64,000 nucleotides of DNA from an uncultured Acidimicrobiia bacterium. Its GTDB lineage: Bacteria > Actinomycetota > Acidimicrobiia > Acidimicrobiales > AC-14. The notes beneath the pieces are model-generated. The model worked only from the letters and a program-made list of their open reading frames with translations. It was not told the DNA's origin and did not search any database. Position 1 is the stretch's first letter. Each line of letters opens with the position of its first letter. The stretch is from positions 32,001 to 96,000 of the forward strand of contig CAWIIV010000019.1 in the NCBI GenBank assembly GCA_963836205.1. The letters are read 5' to 3'. Shown here one piece after another: positions 61,327-64,000 of the stretch. The position numbers and the translations under genes were made by a program.

Positions 61327-63537
61327 CTACTCCGACCGGGGGGCCTTCTTTGCCGCCGGACTGGCCTTCTTGGCCGTCTTCGCCGTGGTCGGCCTGGACG
61401 CCGGGGCCGGAGGCGCATCGCTCGTGGCTGCCTCGGTTGCCCCTCGGGCCTTGCTGCCCGCCGGACCCTCGGGTCCCTCCGGGGTGGTGGCGGCCTTGGC
61501 CGCACCGCGGCGGGAGCGTGACCGCTTCGCCCCACCGACCGACGGCATGTCGCGGCTCGGTGCGGACGCCGACGGCGGCGCCTTCTTGATCGTCGAGCGG
61601 CGGGGGCCGGACCGGGACGGCGCGCGCTCCTCGGCCGACGGGGTTGGGGCTGCGGACGATTCGGCGACCGGTTCGACCGTGGGCGGAGCGGATGATGTCG
61701 CCTTCCGAGATCGCTTCGCCGCCTTCGGGGCCGGCTCAGGTGCAGGCGGGGCGACCTCCGGTGCCGCCGGGGCGGTCCGGGCGGTCCGCTTGGAGGCCGC
61801 TCTGGTCGAGGGACGCTTCATCGCCGGACCGTCGCCCACGGGCGCGTCGGAGACCGCCGCCGTGCCCGGCGGTGCGGAGCCTGCCACATCGGCCGGCAAG
61901 GCGGGTGCCCGCGGTCTGGCGGTCCTCCGGGCCGCGACCGGCGGCCCGTCGGCCGACGGTGAGTCGGTAATCCGTGCGGAGACCGGCGGCCCATCGGCCG
62001 GCAGTGTGCCCGTCGGCGGTGAGTCGGCGGTGGGCCCTTCGATGGACGCCGCCTCGGCCGCCGAGGCCGCCTTCTTCGTCGGTCGCCGCCGTGGCGCCTT
62101 GGCCGGCGGACTGGCCTCGGCGGGGACATCCGCCGGCGCCTCGGCCACCGGGGTCGCCTCGGCCGGGACATCCGCCGCCGGGATCGCCTTCTTCGTCGGC
62201 CGCCGTCGGGTCGCCTTCGCCGACGGGCTCGCATCGGCGGGGACGTCGGCCACGACATCCGCCGTGGCATCACCCGGCGCCTCGGATGCAGCCGGGTCCT
62301 CGGCAACGACCTCGACCGGCTCGGCCGCCTTCTTCGACGCCGCCCGCCGGGATCGCTTCGCCGGCGCCGGTGCCGGTGTCTCGCCGTCGGCGGCTCCCAT
62401 GTCGACCTCGGCGGTGGCAGCCGCCACCGTCGTCGATGCCCGCTTCCTGGTCCGGCGGGCGGGGGCGGGTGTGGGCTCGGGGGCGACCACCTCGACCTCG
62501 GGCACGGCCGCGGCCTCCTCCGAGACCTTCGCCCGCCGACGGGTCCGCGCCGCCGGCGGGGACTCCTCGATCTCCTCGATCTCGGCCTCGACCGTCTCGT
62601 CCCGCGGCTTGCCCGCCAACCGGGCCAGCCCCGGCAGGGCCAGCTCGATGCCCCGGCGGGGAGGGTCGAGGGCCTGGACGACGAACGTGCGGGTCTCGCC
62701 CCGGGTCAACACCTCCTTCGCACTCCGGGGCGGCGGGTCGCCCAGCCCGACCACCGGCGCATAGCACCGGGCCCCGTCGGCGTTCACGAACGCCCCGTGG
62801 GACGTGAAGCTGTCGACCACGCCCTCGACCTCGCTCCCCAGCCGGTGGTTGGCGATGAAGGTGATGAACGGCAGCGGGTCGTTCACCGCCTCGGGCGACG
62901 GTGCCACCGACACCGAACCCGACGCCGAGCCCGACCCCGAGCCCGCGCCCCGCTTCCGGCCCCCCCGCCGGGTGCCCCCCGGCGCGGCCGGCTCGATGGC
63001 CTCGGCGGTGGCCTCCGCGATCGCCTCCGCCACCGGCTCTTCCTTCTTGGTCGTCCGTCGCTTGGCCCGCTCCGCGTCGCGTACCGCGACCCGGCTCTTG
63101 GGACCTCGCACCGGCGTGCGGGGCGTGAAGATCCACCCCACGCCCGGCACCGGCTTGCCACCGATGAGCCGGCCCTCCTCGAAGAGCCACTTGTAGTCGC
63201 CGTGGAACTCCTGGAAGGAGTCGTTCGAGAGCACCACCGCCCCGGTGCGGTCGGCGATCCGCAGCAGGAACCCGTCGCCCCGGCCGATGGCGCCCGCCGG
63301 CGGCGACACGATCTCGCCCGCCTCCTCCGCCTCCTCCAGGATCCTCCGCTCCGACTCGTCGATGCGATAGCTGAACGACGCGTCGACCACGACGATGATG
63401 TCGTCGTCCTCGTGCTCCTCCCGGAAGGCACGGACGGCTTCGTCCAACTGGGCCAGGCTCGGGAGGGACCGACCCTCGGTCGCGAGGTTGGAGCCGTCGA
63501 CGACGACGCGCTGTCTCGTCCCTTTGTCTGCTGTCAC
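61327..63537 (-). CDS. Zc3h12a/Regnase-like NYN (PIN) ribonuclease + S1 domain + long disordered basic tail
   Basis: VVVDGSNLA, VVVDAS, GRGDGFLL, VLSNDSFQEF; S1-like LGSEVEGVVDSFTSHGAFV...RRGIELAL; ~410-aa A/P/K/R tail. Confidence 0.85.
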   Translation of the reverse strand: MTADKGTRQRVVVDGSNLATEGRSLPSLAQLDEAVRAFREEHEDDDIIVVVDASFSYRIDESERRILEEAEEAGEIVSPPAGAIGRGDGFLLRIADRTGAVVLSNDSFQEFHGDYKWLFEEGRLIGGKPVPGVGWIFTPRTPVRGPKSRVAVRDAERAKRRTTKKEEPVAEAIAEATAEAIEPAAPGGTRRGGRKRGAGSGSGSASGSVSVAPSPEAVNDPLPFITFIANHRLGSEVEGVVDSFTSHGAFVNADGARCYAPVVGLGDPPPRSAKEVLTRGETRTFVVQALDPPRRGIELALPGLARLAGKPRDETVEAEIEEIEESPPAARTRRRAKVSEEAAAVPEVEVVAPEPTPAPARRTRKRASTTVAAATAEVDMGAADGETPAPAPAKRSRRAASKKAAEPVEVVAEDPAASEAPGDATADVVADVPADASPSAKATRRRPTKKAIPAADVPAEATPVAEAPADVPAEASPPAKAPRRRPTKKAASAAEAASIEGPTADSPPTGTLPADGPPVSARITDSPSADGPPVAARRTARPRAPALPADVAGSAPPGTAAVSDAPVGDGPAMKRPSTRAASKRTARTAPAAPEVAPPAPEPAPKAAKRSRKATSSAPPTVEPVAESSAAPTPSAEERAPSRSGPRRSTIKKAPPSASAPSRDMPSVGGAKRSRSRRGAAKAATTPEGPEGPAGSKARGATEAATSDAPPAPASRPTTAKTAKKASPAAKKAPRSE

Positions 63538-63616
63538 GGTACGCCTGCGGTCACGGTGCGCTCAGTCAAGCATCCGTACGCAAGTCCGACGGTGATCCAC
63601 TCCTCAGGCGACCCGA

Positions 63617-64000
63617 TCAGAGGCCGACGAACGTGCGCTCGAGAAGCTCCGCCTGCTCGTGTTGGTGGACGGTGTGGCTGCCGCTGGCGGGGCTGGCCGA
63701 CTCCGTCCGGCTGACGTGGCGGAGCGAGATCCCCTCCGGCAGCAGGCGGGCCAGCCGTCCGCTGACGAAGTTCCAGCCGCCCATGTTCTCCGGCTCCTCC
63801 TGGAGCCAGACCACCTCGGTGGCGCCCGGGTAGTGCGCGACCGTGTCGAGGATCAGCAAACCCGGCCACGGGTACAGCTGCTCCACCCGCACGACCGCCG
63901 CCGGCAGCCCCCGCTGGTCGCGCAGGGCGATGGCGTCGAGGGCGACCTTGCCCGAGGCCAGCACCACCCGCCGCACCGAGGCCCGGTCGGTGACACCGGC
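63617..64000 (-). CDS. kgd: 2-oxoglutarate dehydrogenase E1 / Kgd, C-terminal end (runs off right edge)
   Basis: LASGKV, RVEQLYPWP, WLQEEPENMGGW, SASPASGS..H..EQ. Confidence 0.93.
   Translation of the reverse strand, partial: AGVTDRASVRRVVLASGKVALDAIALRDQRGLPAAVVRVEQLYPWPGLLILDTVAHYPGATEVVWLQEEPENMGGWNFVSGRLARLLPEGISLRHVSRTESASPASGSHTVHQHEQAELLERTFVGL

Overview
Very high-GC bacterial chromosome segment. Gene content (plsX-acpP-rnc-mutM-smc-ftsY-ffh-rpsP, NnaR, MshB/Mca-like deacetylase, GTP-PEPCK, Kgd) points to a deep-branching Actinomycetota, probably Acidimicrobiia-like; this is an inference. From 0 to 17 kb: a kinase 3' end, an MFS exporter and a nitrate-assimilation regulon (narK; nirB-nirD, a fused DmsB/DmsC-like FeS/membrane anchor and a Tat-less nitrate reductase; nnaR) with matching GlnR and NnaR-like sites. 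Interspersed accessory DNA includes a secreted prepropeptide ending in a Cys-bridged beta-hairpin, a triplicated gene 3' end, an SOS-boxed DUF222-HNH gene, a heptamer repeat array and a collapsed TA remnant. From 17 to 27 kb: envelope, metabolic and regulatory genes. From 27 to 47.5 kb: a long minus-strand core cluster from DAK2/recG to rimM, with small insertions of secreted proteins and a Phd-VapC pair. From 47.5 to 64 kb: thiL/thiD, pckG, uvrD2, xth, an orphan small ORF, a Regnase-like NYN+S1+IDR protein and the 3' end of kgd. No rRNA, tRNA, CRISPR-Cas or transposase was seen. About nine apparent frameshifts, including in ftsY and smc, most likely reflect sequencing indels. Best leads: the membrane-anchored nitrate reductase module, recurrent tandem duplications at gene termini, the beta-hairpin prepropeptide, the NYN-S1-IDR RNase, and regulators or sigma-4 domains lacking normal recognition helices.
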